DNA of 53,269 nucleotides, from positions 14,710-67,978 of the forward strand of contig NW_014040124.1 in assembly GCF_001186125.1 (NCBI RefSeq), written 5' to 3'. Each line of letters opens with the position of its first letter. Position 1 is the first letter of the stretch. Source of the DNA: Sphaeroforma arctica JP610 (Eukaryota). The position numbers and the translations under genes were made by a program. Below are positions 35,281 to 49,059 of this stretch, piece after piece. The notes beneath the pieces are model-generated. The model was given only the letters and a program-made list of their open reading frames with translations, had not been told where the DNA came from and did no database searches.

Positions 35281-36532
35281 GCTCTGATCATCTTCTCCGC
35301 TCCTGATATAAATATATTCGTGTGAGTAAAAATGTGTTGATATATTCGAGCTGGTTGATTGTCAAAAGCTGAAAGATATCAAATACAAGGAACCAAGGGT
35401 GACTGCCACCCTTTATATAACATAATAGACATTGCAATATAATGAAAAATCATCAATATTCGTCAAAACTAAAAAACCTGGGTAACCGTGATAGCTACCA
35501 CTATTAATCAATTGGTATAAAAACACTATTGTCGTCACATTAAAGATCCCAAATAAAGACAGTATGGAACTCGAAATGCTATGACAAATTTGTCAAAAGC
35601 AGTATTGATTTATAGTATTCACGGATATTCCAGCGAACAAAAAGGCAAAAATGCAAACACTAAAGCGAACTCCATGCTCGGTTAAGGCGTACAATATCAA
35701 TATCTCCATACATGCCAAGTACTTACAACTCGGTGTGCAGGCGGACTCCTCACAGTTAGCTTTCCGAACATAAAATTTACAGTGTAGACTACCCATTCAC
35801 TACACTGCAATACATCGCTGCTTTTCTATAATCTCTGTCAACAGTATGTAAATAGCGCATAAATTATTAAATCAAAACGATATGTACATCTTTACACTGC
35901 GCAGTTAGTTAGTATCCATCAAATATATTTATGCACATAATATTTATATAAAATGATGTTAAAGAATACGAATTCACTTGTATTACGATGACCCATTTTG
36001 GCGTATGAACGAGAGAACTCTGAAGCGCATCCAATTCCGCTTACCTGCTAATTTGCAGATCATTATGACACGACAATTGACAACTTCCATTTTTCTTGGT
36101 GGCCGAAACGACGGTAGAGGAGCTTATTGACGAGCCTGAATCAAGTAGATCACCTTCTGTAAAGAAGGTGATACTCGTTGCTGGTGCAGGCAGGATCGAC
36201 TTAGTTCCCTCGAAACCGATTTTCTCTAAACTCATTACGGCTTGCGTCTGTGCGCCGTGCGGCTGGATTGCAAATCGCACAAATTGTAAATAGCTTTGTA
36301 CTGGACTGATCTGAAAATGTATAAACTCCATTTTTTAGTATAAAATATGTTTGCGAATAGGCTATTTATTTTAGTACATATTTATTTATAATGTACATAT
36401 GAATACGTTTTTTTTAAAGAAATCACAAACAAACAAAAAACTCTCTCTCTCTATTTAGTCATGGCAAATAGAACTTTCTACTCTCTATATATTGTAGCTA
36501 CTCTAGAGAGAGAGTAGAGAGAGAGAGTCTTA

Positions 36533-37345
36533 CGACACCCGTCACCATAAGAGCCCTCTATTAGTAGTATAGTAGTATTCCTACGTGTAGGTTTTTGTTT
36601 TCAAAGTCCTGATCTGTAATCCAATCATATTTTGTTCTCGAGGAAATTATTGTTTTGAAGAAAATCTAAGCCACTACGGACCGGGGGGATTGTCGATTTT
36701 GAGAATTCTGTCAACCCGTGCTAAGCGGGTATTGTCAGTCAAAATACCTGGAAACCAATACATATCGTCAATATCGTCAATTATAATATATGCACCGAGT
36801 GAGCCTTTTTTCATTTTATGTTCTAAAAAAACAAATTGCGGTTAATGAAATCACAGAACAGGACAAATCCCTTGGACCTAAAATCTGCAACAGAACGGGA
36901 CAAAACCAAATTCAACAATGTTGAACTACAGTGCAATTGTGCAAACCAACCGATCGTTTTTTACATAGCCTTCTTTTCTTTTTCTCTCTCTTGTATTTAT
37001 AATTTAGAAAGCTATGAAACCTATTTTTTAGAATATTCTTGTATAATTTAGAAGGCTATGATATTCTGAAGTATGGATCCACGAATTCACGCTCACAGGT
37101 TTAATAGACCATTGGCTCCTCTAGTCTGGGCGTTGTATTCTATTTCAGGTGGTCGGTGTAGATTATGTACCGAAATCTGATACTTGACTGTTGTATCGGT
37201 AAGATATATTTGCAAGTGTAAACGCTTAATAGTTCGGTACTTGGGCCAAAGTCGCCTTACGTGGGCCCATAAATATCGACCCTACGTTTGCGAATGGACC
37301 GGTCGCGGTTTTGGACCGTTTACAACTATATAGTGACGGGTGTCA
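36533..37345. mobile_element. Probable non-autonomous TIR element (MITE), TA-flanked
   Basis: TA-cgacacccgtcaccata at the left and tatagtgacgggtgtca-TA at the right (15 of 17 inverted match); no coding capacity. Confidence 0.55.
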
Positions 37346-38766
37346 TATAGACAAAGTCATTTGTATAAAAAATCATATATATATATATATATTTACACAT
37401 ACATATTTATATACATACTAAATACAGTTAAAAAAAGAACGAGAAGGCTAAGCGAAAACCCACAAAACAATAGTTTCTATACAGTATTTATTGGATTTTC
37501 CGTTTATTTTTTTAAGGCGTACATAGCTGATACACAATAAGACACCTTTTTTTTTCTTTTTTCTTGAATTTTAGAAAGCGTACACGGCTACAGTATGACT
37601 ATTTTCTTAAAAATAAAAATATAAAGACAAGCGTTGAGATTTCAGATTTGAGCACTTTAGACTTAAAAAAGAGTTCGCTAGTTGAGACTTGAGACTTGAG
37701 AGTTGTGCGAGTGTCTTGTGATTTGTCAGTTGTCATCAGTTGTCACTTTCTTCTTTCTCGTGTGAGTTGTGCAACTTTTATTTATTTCATTATTTGCGTG
37801 TATTTATGTAAATGTATGGTGCAGTTGCTTTTTTTTTAAATGTTCCACTGAAAAAAAAAACTAAAAGTCGATTTACACATAGAAGAAATTCGAAACCTAA
37901 AAGTGTATTTTTTTTCTTTGCAAACTCCGCGAGCTGTAGCGTTAAGCCTTTATCACACCAATCAAGATATCGATACGCCCCTTTGACAAATCGTCTGGTT
38001 GTATCCAATCTAACTCCGTTTAGTGACCACTACTTGTGACCTTTGGCTTTGAGCGAAATCAGCGTCAATGCCAACATCACTTTTGCTACCAGATGTGTCT
38101 TCGCCTACATCAGGTTCATATTCTGTATGTTGTGTGACAGATCGAAACTTATTGTCAGCTCCACGTAGTGAGTGTCTCATGTCCCTCCCACCACTTAGAT
38201 GCTTGGCTGTCTTTGATGGCATGACTGACATCGTGTATTATAAGGTGTTTGACTAAAAACGTGTGTATGACTACTAAAGCGAAGTGCAGTTTTTAGGGTC
38301 TCACTCACACTAAATAGACTTTTAGGCCTGGTGGAATGATGTTTTGAAAATTGTGACACTTCGTCAGACCTTAGAGATAACCGGGTGATTTTCTTATTCG
38401 GGTCATTGTGAGCATTTTCCGCTATCAAACTCTCGAATCGGGTCCATATTTAATGTCCCACGCGGCCATGCTCTGTCAAAAAGGGTGATTTGGTGGAACA
38501 TCTTTTTTTCTAAAACTTGTTTTTGAAAAAAAATGAAAAAATTGTATAGAGAAGGCAAGGAGGCAAGGAGGCAAGGACAGACTCCAAGCCGGACAGACTT
38601 CGAAGTTCAAGACTCCAAGCCCAAGCCCCAAGGAGTCGCTACTCGTTTGCTCGCTATTTGTCATTTATGCAATCCTGATCCTGTGCCATATGTTGAATTG
38701 TCCACATAAAGTCATAAACTCAAACAGCACTAATATCAGGCACCAGCTGCCAATATTCCTCACCAA

Positions 38767-38868
38767 TCCTCACTCCTCACTCCTCACTCCTCACTCCTCA
38801 CTCCTCACTCCTCACTCCTCACTCCTCACTCCTCACTCCTCACTCCTCACTCCTCACTCCTCACTCCT
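38767..38868. repeat. (TCCTCAC)n heptamer array, about 14.5 units
   Basis: Perfect tandem repeat seen directly. Confidence 0.97.
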
Positions 38869-40986
38869 GCGTATTGTGACCTCACTCCCGTCAGTCCTCC
38901 AGTGCCAGTATGTACTACTCGTAGTACTCGGGGGAGGGTAGGCGAGTGTCGACCAGAATCTAGAGAGGCGGGCTGCGGGTATGTATTTACATACAACCGG
39001 TACACTGTATAAACATTAAATCTTTAACCGTTACTTTTTGGAATATAAAAGTTATAACTTTTATTTGGGATAAAATAATATATATGAATTATAAATTTGC
39101 ACTGGAAAAGACGTCCTATAAATATCAAAATTTGGATCTAAAATGAATTTTAGCCGATCAGAAATGTTCAATCTGACACTTGGTTGCGACCTAAAAACAG
39201 GACAAAATATATATACTCACTGACCTGAATATTGCACCTACATAATTTGAGAAGGGCTTTTATAGGTATAAAAGGTGTCCTTTAACGTAAAAAAACATAC
39301 AAAAATAAAAGTTATAACCTTTAACTTTATGAGGTTAGATTGAGAGTACCAAAATAAATCGCCAGGAAGATGCGACTCAATCCAGTCTCCAGAGGGCCAT
39401 GTATTGAGAGTACCAAAACAGAGGATCTCACGACTCACGGTCTCAGGCGTAATTTGATTTTAAAGTACAGTTTTTCAGTTTCTCAGTATTCAAATATTTA
39501 ATCTCATAGCAAGATAATCCACTGAGAAATTGGACAAGACCATAGCTAGCCAGCCAACTAGATGTGCCCGTCTATGCCTTAAATGGAATGGGGAGCCTAG
39601 GAGTGATCACGACCAACGTCTGACGCTGACCTCAGTCACTTCTTCGCGCCACGTGATATCACACCGGATGACAGATCACAGTACCAGCTTTATCAGCATA
39701 GTCACAAGAGACAACGCTCACCCAGCACACGCGATATGATGAACCAAGCTACTGTTTCCAGCGCTGATACAGATCACACACAATCGATCGACGACCGCGC
39801 TTTCCACCAAGGCTAGCATGTACACGGTCAGCAAAGGTCTCATCCTCTAAGACTCGAACAACGTAGGGATTATCCTCTCACCGACAGCAAGGATCGACGA
39901 CAGAGTATGCCAACTGTTGCTTCAGAGTTCAACAACCCGGCGCAGATAACCCACCAGTGATAGTTATAGCTTTCAACTCGGTGATATTCACCGTGGACGC
40001 GCACCGCACCGTACGACGCACCGCATCTCATATTGTCACAGATGTGACAGCCATCGTTCTCGTACTCACGCACGCAAGAGCCGCAAACAGTCACCACTCC
40101 CACCCCCTCCGATTTTCACGGATACAAAGCGTGTCCAGAATCTCTGGCACAAGTATGATGCCCAGATTGCACAACAAGCTAGTCAGGAGCAATTACCACT
40201 TGATGATGACGCCTATCCTAACCTCTCATCGACCCACAGTCTAAGTCCCAGTATTGATGCAAATGGCCCCCGATATCGTTGTTTAACTTGATGGCACTCA
40301 AATACCTCACGGATAAAACTTTAAATTGGCCACTTGAGTCCCAAACAGCGTTCTCCACCGCAGCATTTACCTCCGTCAGCGGAACTGCCGATTCCCATGC
40401 CATAGCATGATGCTAGTCAAAAGTAGGTGCCTTATGTTTAGGATGCATCTAGGCCAATCCCGAAGTAGCGCCTAACGCCACACCACATTACCACGCACCG
40501 CACAGCCCAGCTTCAATCTGGGAAACGATTATACGTGACATCCAACAGGATGCGGACAAGCAAATAGGGATGTACCACAATCAAGCCTTAATGCCGCTCA
40601 TATTCATCTCCATCAAATCACGGGAAGCACTCATACTGGTCTGGCATAAGGAGTTACCAAAACTATACTCTTCTCTTGAATAGCTGCGTATTGTATCGAC
40701 TTGTAAACTGTAGCATAAGAACAATAAAGATTCCTAATGAATATCGTGTCACCTCTTCATGCGCTTAAAATAAATTTGCACCCTTGTATTGACTTCAGCA
40801 TCATATGAAGAGTTCAATCTGCGTACAATCTTTGAGTTGAAATAGTCGTTGACTATGAAACAATTGTGTCCATAGCAGAAATATTTAGCCGTCCTTTCCG
40901 TTTAACTGAGAGTATCATGTCTACGAACTTTTATACAGTAATGGCTAGCTCAGCCCCTGACGGTCAAAATAATATGAAATTGTCCC

Positions 40987-41769
40987 TGTAATTTGCCGGG
41001 CCTCCACATTAGACTCTATGTATAAACGTACTCTTAAGCAGTACGCAAATTATAAACGTACTCATAATAGTACGAGGAACTTAAGCCTCCTAAATGTTCT
41101 CAATAGCACGCGGAACTTAAGTTTCCTAAAATGGTTTTTAATGGTTTTATTTATTAAACCTTTTCCATTCAATATATCAGATATTTGGATGAGGCCATTA
41201 AAAGGCCTCAGTAAAATACCAAACATAAAAGAGCTGGTCTAGTTCTATTAATAGAGCTTTATTTACTTTCCAATTTTATTTATATCTGAATACTTCGGTA
41301 GCGAGATGGCTCAACCGAATATAGGTTTCTAGGGACTATTAACGTTACCTAGTTGATCCTCTGATAAGCCAACCAGATGTGCCAGTCTGATGAAGGCTAA
41401 GTTGGTAATTCTTGATAGTGGCAAGTTATTGGTTAAGACAATAACTAAAGACGTCATGAGTATTTTTATCTTTATTTTAATTTTTCTAAAGATAGAATTT
41501 TATGAGTCTATCGGATTCGCCCCAGAATAGAGCGACAACGAAACACTAAATAAAATCCCTTCGGCGGAAACAGTACGAGAGGAGTATATATAGGCAATGT
41601 CTCAGCCTCACAATCCCTCAGAGTATTGCTGTTTTCACGAGGCAAACCTAACTTCATTAAACGTCTCATTTCGTTTATTTATATCGATATTTACACGATA
41701 TATAGAATTTACCTACGCGTTTATTTATTCTAAGGCATTAGTATCGCCGTTATTAGACCGGATCTTACA
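40987..41769 (+). repeat. Family C 5' LTR
   Basis: TGTAA...TTACA ends; homologous to three other copies; TATATATA box near 41586. Confidence 0.92.
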
Positions 41770-44700
41770 CATTTTAAAGTTAGCAAAAGTATTAATTACT
41801 TAGACTACTTAAGCGTAAAGGTAAGTTAACTACCACAACATTTTTTTTCTCTCCTGTCTAAGCTAGTCGTTAAGAGACAAGCTAGTAGTCATAAGTTAAG
41901 ATTATGACCAAGAAAGACAACACCCTTCTAATAAACGTAGAGCTGTAAAGAAGAAGATGGAGAGAGAAGTCGCTAACGCTGCCACAGCTATTACTGCTGC
42001 GCAAGCCACCGACGCCGCTGATGATGCATTTATGCGCACTGTAGCCAAAGCACTTGCCTCTGACAATTATAGTCAAAAGAACAATGCTTCAGATAAGGAA
42101 GTAGCCACTCCGCTTAAGGAGACTACTCCTACTGACAGAGCCCGAGGGCCAACTATTGCCTCAACTTCAAAGCTTGCATTTACGAAGCCAAGAAGTGAGA
42201 CAAGGGACACGTCTCAAGACGACCCAGCCAATTCTTCTGACCAAACTCAGAAAGAAAAGTTCCCAATTATGAGGGCGTCCCCAATTATAGGGGACAAGGA
42301 CAAATCTCAGAAGGAACCTATAATGGAACCAGAAGAGGAGGCAAGCTCAAGTAGCAAAACCGAATCTACGTCCGAGACTTCTAAGCCGAAGCTCATAAGT
42401 AAATTAATTACTAAATACGCTGATCTTATGAATCAGTTAGCTACTATTATGAAAGACTTGACTGTCGAGCATGTAGATCAATTAGAAAGATCAGGAAAAC
42501 ATACACAGCGCTTACGCGAGCATGTTTCCCCGGGCATTACTGAAACCCTACAGAAGTGGACAGAACGTCGACAGGCAATTACGCCCAAAGACTCAAGCTC
42601 GACACCTGAGTCATATGATCCTGAGATGCACAGCGTCGATATACCGTACGAGGCATTCCTGCCAGAAGAACAGGATAATCATTCGCCTGTTCTGACACCT
42701 GGTCGTGAGTCACCTGTCCTCAACGGTATTATAGACCGAGAGGTAAGGAAATATACTCCGCCACTTGTACCCAATTGGGAGGACAATCGTCGGAAACCAG
42801 TTAAGACTGGGTACTTTATTCCGACGCCAAGGGATATTAATCATCCCCGCAGACGTGTGAACGATATCGAGTTTAATCGCTTCGACCGCACGGCTTTACA
42901 CCAACCCGCAGAGGATTTCCACTCTGACGAGGTGACCGACCTTAATAAATCGGTCGACGACTATACCAATAAAATGGAAGTCGCCCATGCTGCGCATCCT
43001 GCTATTGACGTAGCATACTATGCGAATATTATTGCGATTAAGCAAAAGCGCATAGACCAATTACTTCAGGCCCAACGTGGATAAGACCACAGGGACAACC
43101 AGAAGTACAAAGGACAGATCAGTCGACTTAAGTCGAACTGGAATGCCAACAGCAAGCAGGTCGAGTTTATAAACAACCATGACCTCGACACGCTAACCCG
43201 TACGCTTAATGCGTTTACGGTCATGCTGGAGACGAATGATATCGCTCCCCAGCAATGGATCTCTGCTTTAATGCAGACGTTTGACCCTACAGGTACAAGT
43301 TATTTGATCCTGCAGCGACACCAACATGAGCTAGACACTTGTCGTGACTGACCAGCTGTGTGTTGGTTGGTCACATCCTTGTTAAGTAAGGATATACGTA
43401 GCCCTGGGCTGAGTTCAATTTTAAATGAGCCAGCCGAGAACACGCCCATTCATAGTTATATTCTGAAGTTAGATGCTGACTTGAAACGTCCCGATATAAC
43501 AAAGGACAAGGCACATCGATAATACGAATTCCTGGTTATGCACGTGTTCTGTAAGAACATAGGGAATAACGACCATGAGAGTCTGTACACCGAGTTGCGA
43601 CGTAAACACGCGACTGAGGCTCAAGACAAGGGACATGAAACAAAGTTTTATCTATCCCGTCTTACATGGGAACAGTTTTATGATACTGTATCCACTCTTT
43701 TTCTCGCACATGCGGGAGCTCACCGATCCCTGGTACGTATCCAGGCAGACCTCAAACGAGAGACCCCAAATTACACGTGCTCGCGAATCCATTTTCACAA
43801 CGCGACCCAATAAACGGGCACGCGCAGGAGCGAAGGACATGGAACCTCCATTTAAGGAGATTAAGAAATGTGCCGACGCACAGTGTGGGTATGACATGTA
43901 CCAGTTAACCCCTAACGGTTATTGGAATGGCAGGCATGCATCCACCTGTACATATTTTCTTACTAAGTGTGACAAGTGTGAGAAGACCAATAGTTATCAC
44001 ACTAAGTCTTGTGACCGAAAGCCCAACATTAAGTTGGAGTGACTGTACTACCAGGTACAATCGTTACACAAACGATACAACGACTCTTTAGATGAGCGTG
44101 TAATCATTCCTGTATACTGCAATGGAAATAAAATCCTTGCGTTGATTGATCCTGGTTCAGAAATTTCATGTATATCCGATCGCTTTGCATTAATGAAAGA
44201 TATCGAAAGGAGAACACAAACAACTCACCTCATTTTAGCTGATGACAAAAATTCTAAGTGTGGTACCATGGGCACAGATGTTAAATCTCCCTGGCCGATG
44301 ATAGGAGTATCACTACTCAAGCTGTGATAGTTAAGATGTCACAGAAGTACGACATTATAGTCGGAATGAGTGATTTACTCACTCTAGGTATAACCGTAAC
44401 TGGTCTACCAAATAACATAGATCCATTAAAGGATCAATCAGACGATAACTGTCTGAATCCATATAGGCCCCCGTCAGACACAGTCAAGGCATCAATACCT
44501 GACTTTGCGGACAAAATCATGGATCTGATTCTTGTTAATAAGAAAATAAAGATCACAGATTGGGCAAAATTCCGCTTCAACGACGGATATGTCAACCTTG
44601 ACTTAACCAAGGTAGACTTTACACAGTTAAAGTGTCCCTCAAGGAACTATGTATCCTGGAGACACGAGGCTGTTGTAAAAGAACAAGTTGAGAAGTGGCT

Positions 44701-45934
44701 AGCAGATGGTGTGATAGAAATTAACTATCAACAAACGCCAGTTAACTTGGTACTGCTAGCTGTAGACCAACATAGCTCTGACGGATCGTTTAAGAAAGTC
44801 AGAGTATGTTTAGATATGAGTCCAATAAATAAATTATTGCCGACTCATAGCTTTCACTTACCTCGTATTAACGAGCTACTGCGAAGGATGGAAGGTGCTA
44901 CAGTATTTACAACTATAGACCTTACACAAGGATATCATCAAATGCAGGTATATGAACCACGTCGTAAATACTTTAGTTTTACGTGGAAAGGTAAACAATA
45001 CAGGTTCAGAGGTGCACCTTTCGGGTTACACTCTTTACCAGCATTCTTCCAACAAGTAATGTAAGAAATATTTGCAGACATGCCTAACGTGCAAGTCTAC
45101 ATAGATGACATAGTCATCTTTTCCAAAACTAATGGCGAACACGCCGCATTAGTCAGACGAGTCCTTAAGAGACTCAATGAGCAAAACTTCAAGATTAACG
45201 AGAAGAAATGCCACTTCGCAATGAGCGAAATACAGCTCTTAGGCTACCATATATCTGGGGAAGGTATTAAGATCGACCCCGGTAAGGTAGAACACCTGTT
45301 AGATTGGCGAACACCAACTACAGGAAGAGATGTTAACAGCATGTGTGGGTTTGTAAACTTCTTTTCAGATGGAGTACCACACTTAGTTGACTACCTTAAA
45401 CCTTTTGGACACTTAAGATGTCATAAAGGCAAACTAGGAGACTTGTGGACTAAAGAGTGTGATGACGCATTTAAAGCGCTCAAACACGCAGTCCAACAAG
45501 CCTCTGTTGTACAAGGACCAGTCGATGGCGTGCCGTTTGAAATAGCAACGGATGCCTCCGACTTAGCCTTAGAAGGAGTATTATATCAGGCTATAGATAA
45601 CAAACCTAGATATATACAATTCTTTAGTCGAGCAATGAATGCTTCACAGTTGAATTACCCAACTGTTAAACAAGAGCTATTAGCCATAGTGGCAGCTCTA
45701 ACACACTTCCGAGACTACTTATACGGAACAGCATTTACGCTGATGTGTGATCAGAAATCTCTTCAATATATGAAGGAGATGAAACCCGACTCGCAATTAC
45801 TGAGTCGCTGGCATGATAAAATATCAAAGTTCCATTTTGATATAAAACATCTGCCAGGAATACATAACCATTTTCCAGATATGTTATCACGCTTCGTACC
45901 GGACTTTAATAAATCGGTACGTGAGTTACTAGCC

Positions 45935-46350
45935 ACTGACTGGAAGTGTAATCCCAGGTGGTTTGAACTGGCTCAAAAGATATTTGGGCCACATAACATA
46001 GATATGTTTGCTGCACATCATAATGCACAACTATCGAATTAAAGGACTTTAGATCATCCTTTGGGAGACGCCTTTTAAATAGACCTCTCCAAACATAATG
46101 CGTGGGCTAATCCACCATGGCAGTTAATTGCCCAGCTATTAAATTATGTTCATATACATAAAGCTACCATCACGTTGTGTTGCCCATTACGGAGTAAGAT
46201 CCATGGCTCAATAAATTGATCAGCATGATACAATGCGAGCCAATATATTTAGATAGGGAAGTAGATACTTTCCTATATCAGGGTACCCGAGCCGTCCAGA
46301 AGACGCCCTGGAGATATACTATAATATGTCGTATAGGTCCCATTGGAACA
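45935..46350 (+). pseudogene. Dam-like amino-methyltransferase domain, family C second copy
   Basis: DWKCNPRWFELAQKIFGPHNIDMFAAHHNAQL in frame with RT and RNase H (ORF 45080-46042), then AWANPPWQLI and QKTPWRYTIICRIGP. Confidence 0.88.
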
Positions 46351-48296
46351 ACCAAATGAACCCCTTCTGAGACCTTCCATAACAAGGTCAAAGAATCAGA
46401 GATTACACTCTCTACCCAATTGAACGTTAAGCAGTTCAAAGGCAACACATCACTTGAAGTCTGTGCGCAAGAAATACAATCTACTAATGACACTACTATT
46501 AAGAAGCGTCAGTCTCTAGCTAGGACTCTGTTTAATAACATAAAGTCCAAGCCCGAGGTCTTTCAACCTCTATTTCTAAAGGGATTAATGAAAGACAATC
46601 CTGAAGCGTATACAAATATAATGCGACTATTTAATAAGTCAGGTGTATCTAACGCACATGAGCGCACTTATGACACTCATGCGAAAGCAGGACAGGAGTC
46701 TGGAAACACTACAGACTTAGAAACCACGCAAGTAGATTCTCAACACCCTACCTCTATTCTGGAGGAGCAGAATGATGAAAACATTCTTGCTTGGCTGACG
46801 CAAAACCATAAGCTGAAGCACCAGAACGTAGTAGACGGACTTAAAGATGCTAAGCGAAATGGGATCGCGCACCCTAAGCTGGCAACTTTAGTTGACAGAG
46901 TATATCAGTCATGTACAGACTGTGATCTCAATCAGATCAAGCGCTATGGGTTCGCACCGCTTAAGAGTGTGACTGAAGATGTTCCATGGTGCAGGGCCAT
47001 CATTGATCTGGTTGACCTGCCCACGTCCGAGCACACAGGCGACCGTTACGTATGCCACTTCTTTGATGTGGCGTCATGGTTTTACTTGCTCTATCCATTA
47101 AAGACAAGAGTACGTAGACCGTGGCAGAATTAGTCTTTGCTGACCACGGGTGGCCGGGTATAATGTGCACTGATAACGGTAGTGAGTTCTGAGATGACGT
47201 TATGGAATCGCTAGTACTCGTATCAGGCATATGCCATATGAGAGGTGTGCCATATAAGCCGCAAACGCAAGGCGCGAATGAAACGCGCCATAGAAGACTT
47301 AAGTTCTTCTTGCGTACTGCATTAACGGATGATGCAGATGATTGGCCGTACCACCTTAAGTGGGTACAAACACAGATGAACGAGTGTGCTAATCCGGTTA
47401 CAGGAACTACATCCGCTCACTATTTTCGTGGCAGATATAGCGAGTTACAAATCCCTTTTAACAAGGACGAACCCGATCACCATGAGCTACCATGGTTAGA
47501 GAAGGTACAACGTATTTATAACGTTGTATATCCGTGCTTGCGAGAAATACGCAATATAGCCTTATTAAAAAGGCAAAAGCGTTGGAACACTACCAAGAAG
47601 ATAGCAGAGTATCAGGTTGGTGACAGAGTTAACATCCGTCAACGTAATTCCGATACTACTGTATTAACATCTAAATGGATAGGTCCATACATAATCTCTG
47701 TAGCAGACACTAAAAGTGGAACGTACGAGGTAAATAACCCCGATGGTTATAGTGCGCTTAATATAGGCACAAGTCGTATTCCGACTACAGAGATTATACT
47801 CGCAAGAAGACATGACTCTAATGCCCCTCTTGATCGTTCTGACATTATATGAAGAACGGATAAGGGAGGCTATACATACTNNNNNNNNNNNNNNNNNNNN
47901 ATAATCAAGACTATTTAAAAGCCTTTAATCGAAAATGACGTAAGCGCCTGCATAAGTCACAAGCTGAAAAAGATAGCATGTTTCCATCGTCTGAAGGCAC
48001 GGAAGTTGAAACTTATCCGCATACAGCATTTATCCCGGGCTTTAATGCTCATCCTTCATATGTGCTTAAGACACTGAAGCGTAAGGAACGTCCAGTCGAC
48101 CACCACGGATCTACTGGACCTAAACCCAAAACTCACAGGGTAACCGAGAACGCTTAACTTCTCCGCCTGAGAAACATTAACTATATGTTATGCTACTTAA
48201 TGTTTTCGACCCGTTTTTCCTTTCTCGCTTTTTGACCCATAATCAGCTTGAGAGAGCAACTTGCTTCTCATGGGTCTCAAAGCTGGGTGGGCGCTG

Positions 48297-49052
48297 TGTA
48301 ATAGCCGGGCCTCCACATTAGACTCATGTTATAAACGTACTCGTTAGCAGTACGTAAAATATAAACGTACTCTTAATAGTACGAGGAACTTAAGTTTCCT
48401 AAATGGGTTTTAATGGTTTTTTTTTAATTAATACCTTTTCCATTTTACATATCAGATATTTGGACGAAGCCATTGAAAGGCCCCAGTAAAATACCAAACA
48501 TAAGAGTTGGTCTAGTTCTATTAATAGAATTTCCAACTTTGTTTATGTCTGAATACTTCGGTAGCGAGATGGCTCAACCGAATATAGGCTTCTAGGGACT
48601 ATTAACGTTACCTAGTTAATCCTCCGATCAGCCAACCAGATGTGCCAGTCTGATGAAGGCTAAGTCGGTAATTCTTGATAAGTGGCAAGTTATTGGTTAA
48701 GACAATAACTAAGGACATCAAGAGTACTTTTTTAAATTTTAAATTTTTTCTAAAGATAGATTTTATGAGTCTCTCAGATTCGCCCCAATGAAATATACCA
48801 TGGTTTCTAATAGAGCGACAACGAAACACTAAATAAAATTCCTTCGGCGGAAACAGTACTGAGAGGATTATATATAGGCAATGTCTCAGCCTCACAATCC
48901 CTCAGAGTATTGCTGTTTTCACGAGACATACCTAACTTTACTAACAGTCTCATTTCGTTTATTTACTTTGATATTTTCACGATACTTCGAATTTACCTAC
49001 GCGTTTATTTACTCTAAGGCGTTAATATCGTCTTAATAGACCGAATCTTACA
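48297..49052 (+). repeat. Family C 3' LTR
   Basis: TGTAA...TTACA ends; follows the same 3' untranslated region as 20445-20730. Confidence 0.92.
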
Positions 49053-49059
49053 ACCACGA

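Larger units (their letters stand above)
40987..49052 (+). mobile_element. Family C Ty3/Gypsy, structurally full-length (LTR, gag, PR, RT, RNase H, MTase, IN, LTR) but inactivated
   Basis: LTRs 40987-41769 and 48297-49052 (TGTAA...TTACA); gag 41957-44042; LIDPGS; YIDD; TDASD; NPPW; integrase 46800-47850; several stops; N gap at 47881-47900; flanks do not match. Confidence 0.95.

Noticed and set aside
36041..36331. 96 aa ORF as an upstream exon of the RGS gene
   Set aside because: Has a donor-like site near 36045 but no recognisable homology and no demonstrable link to the gene.
37790..38428. Overlapping short minus-strand ORFs as a gene or transposase
   Set aside because: No recognisable motifs; cannot be supported.
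38767..38868. Interstitial telomeric repeat
   Set aside because: GTGAGGA does not match a telomere motif I can support; treated as a minisatellite.
40110..40540. Tc1/IS630 transposase from IFTD and APHSP
   Set aside because: Motifs are too short and the rest of the DDE pattern is missing.
46030..47945. RIP- or deaminase-like hypermutation (several TGG to TGA changes)
   Set aside because: Stops are what is easiest to notice; a counted substitution spectrum between the family C copies is needed and was not done.
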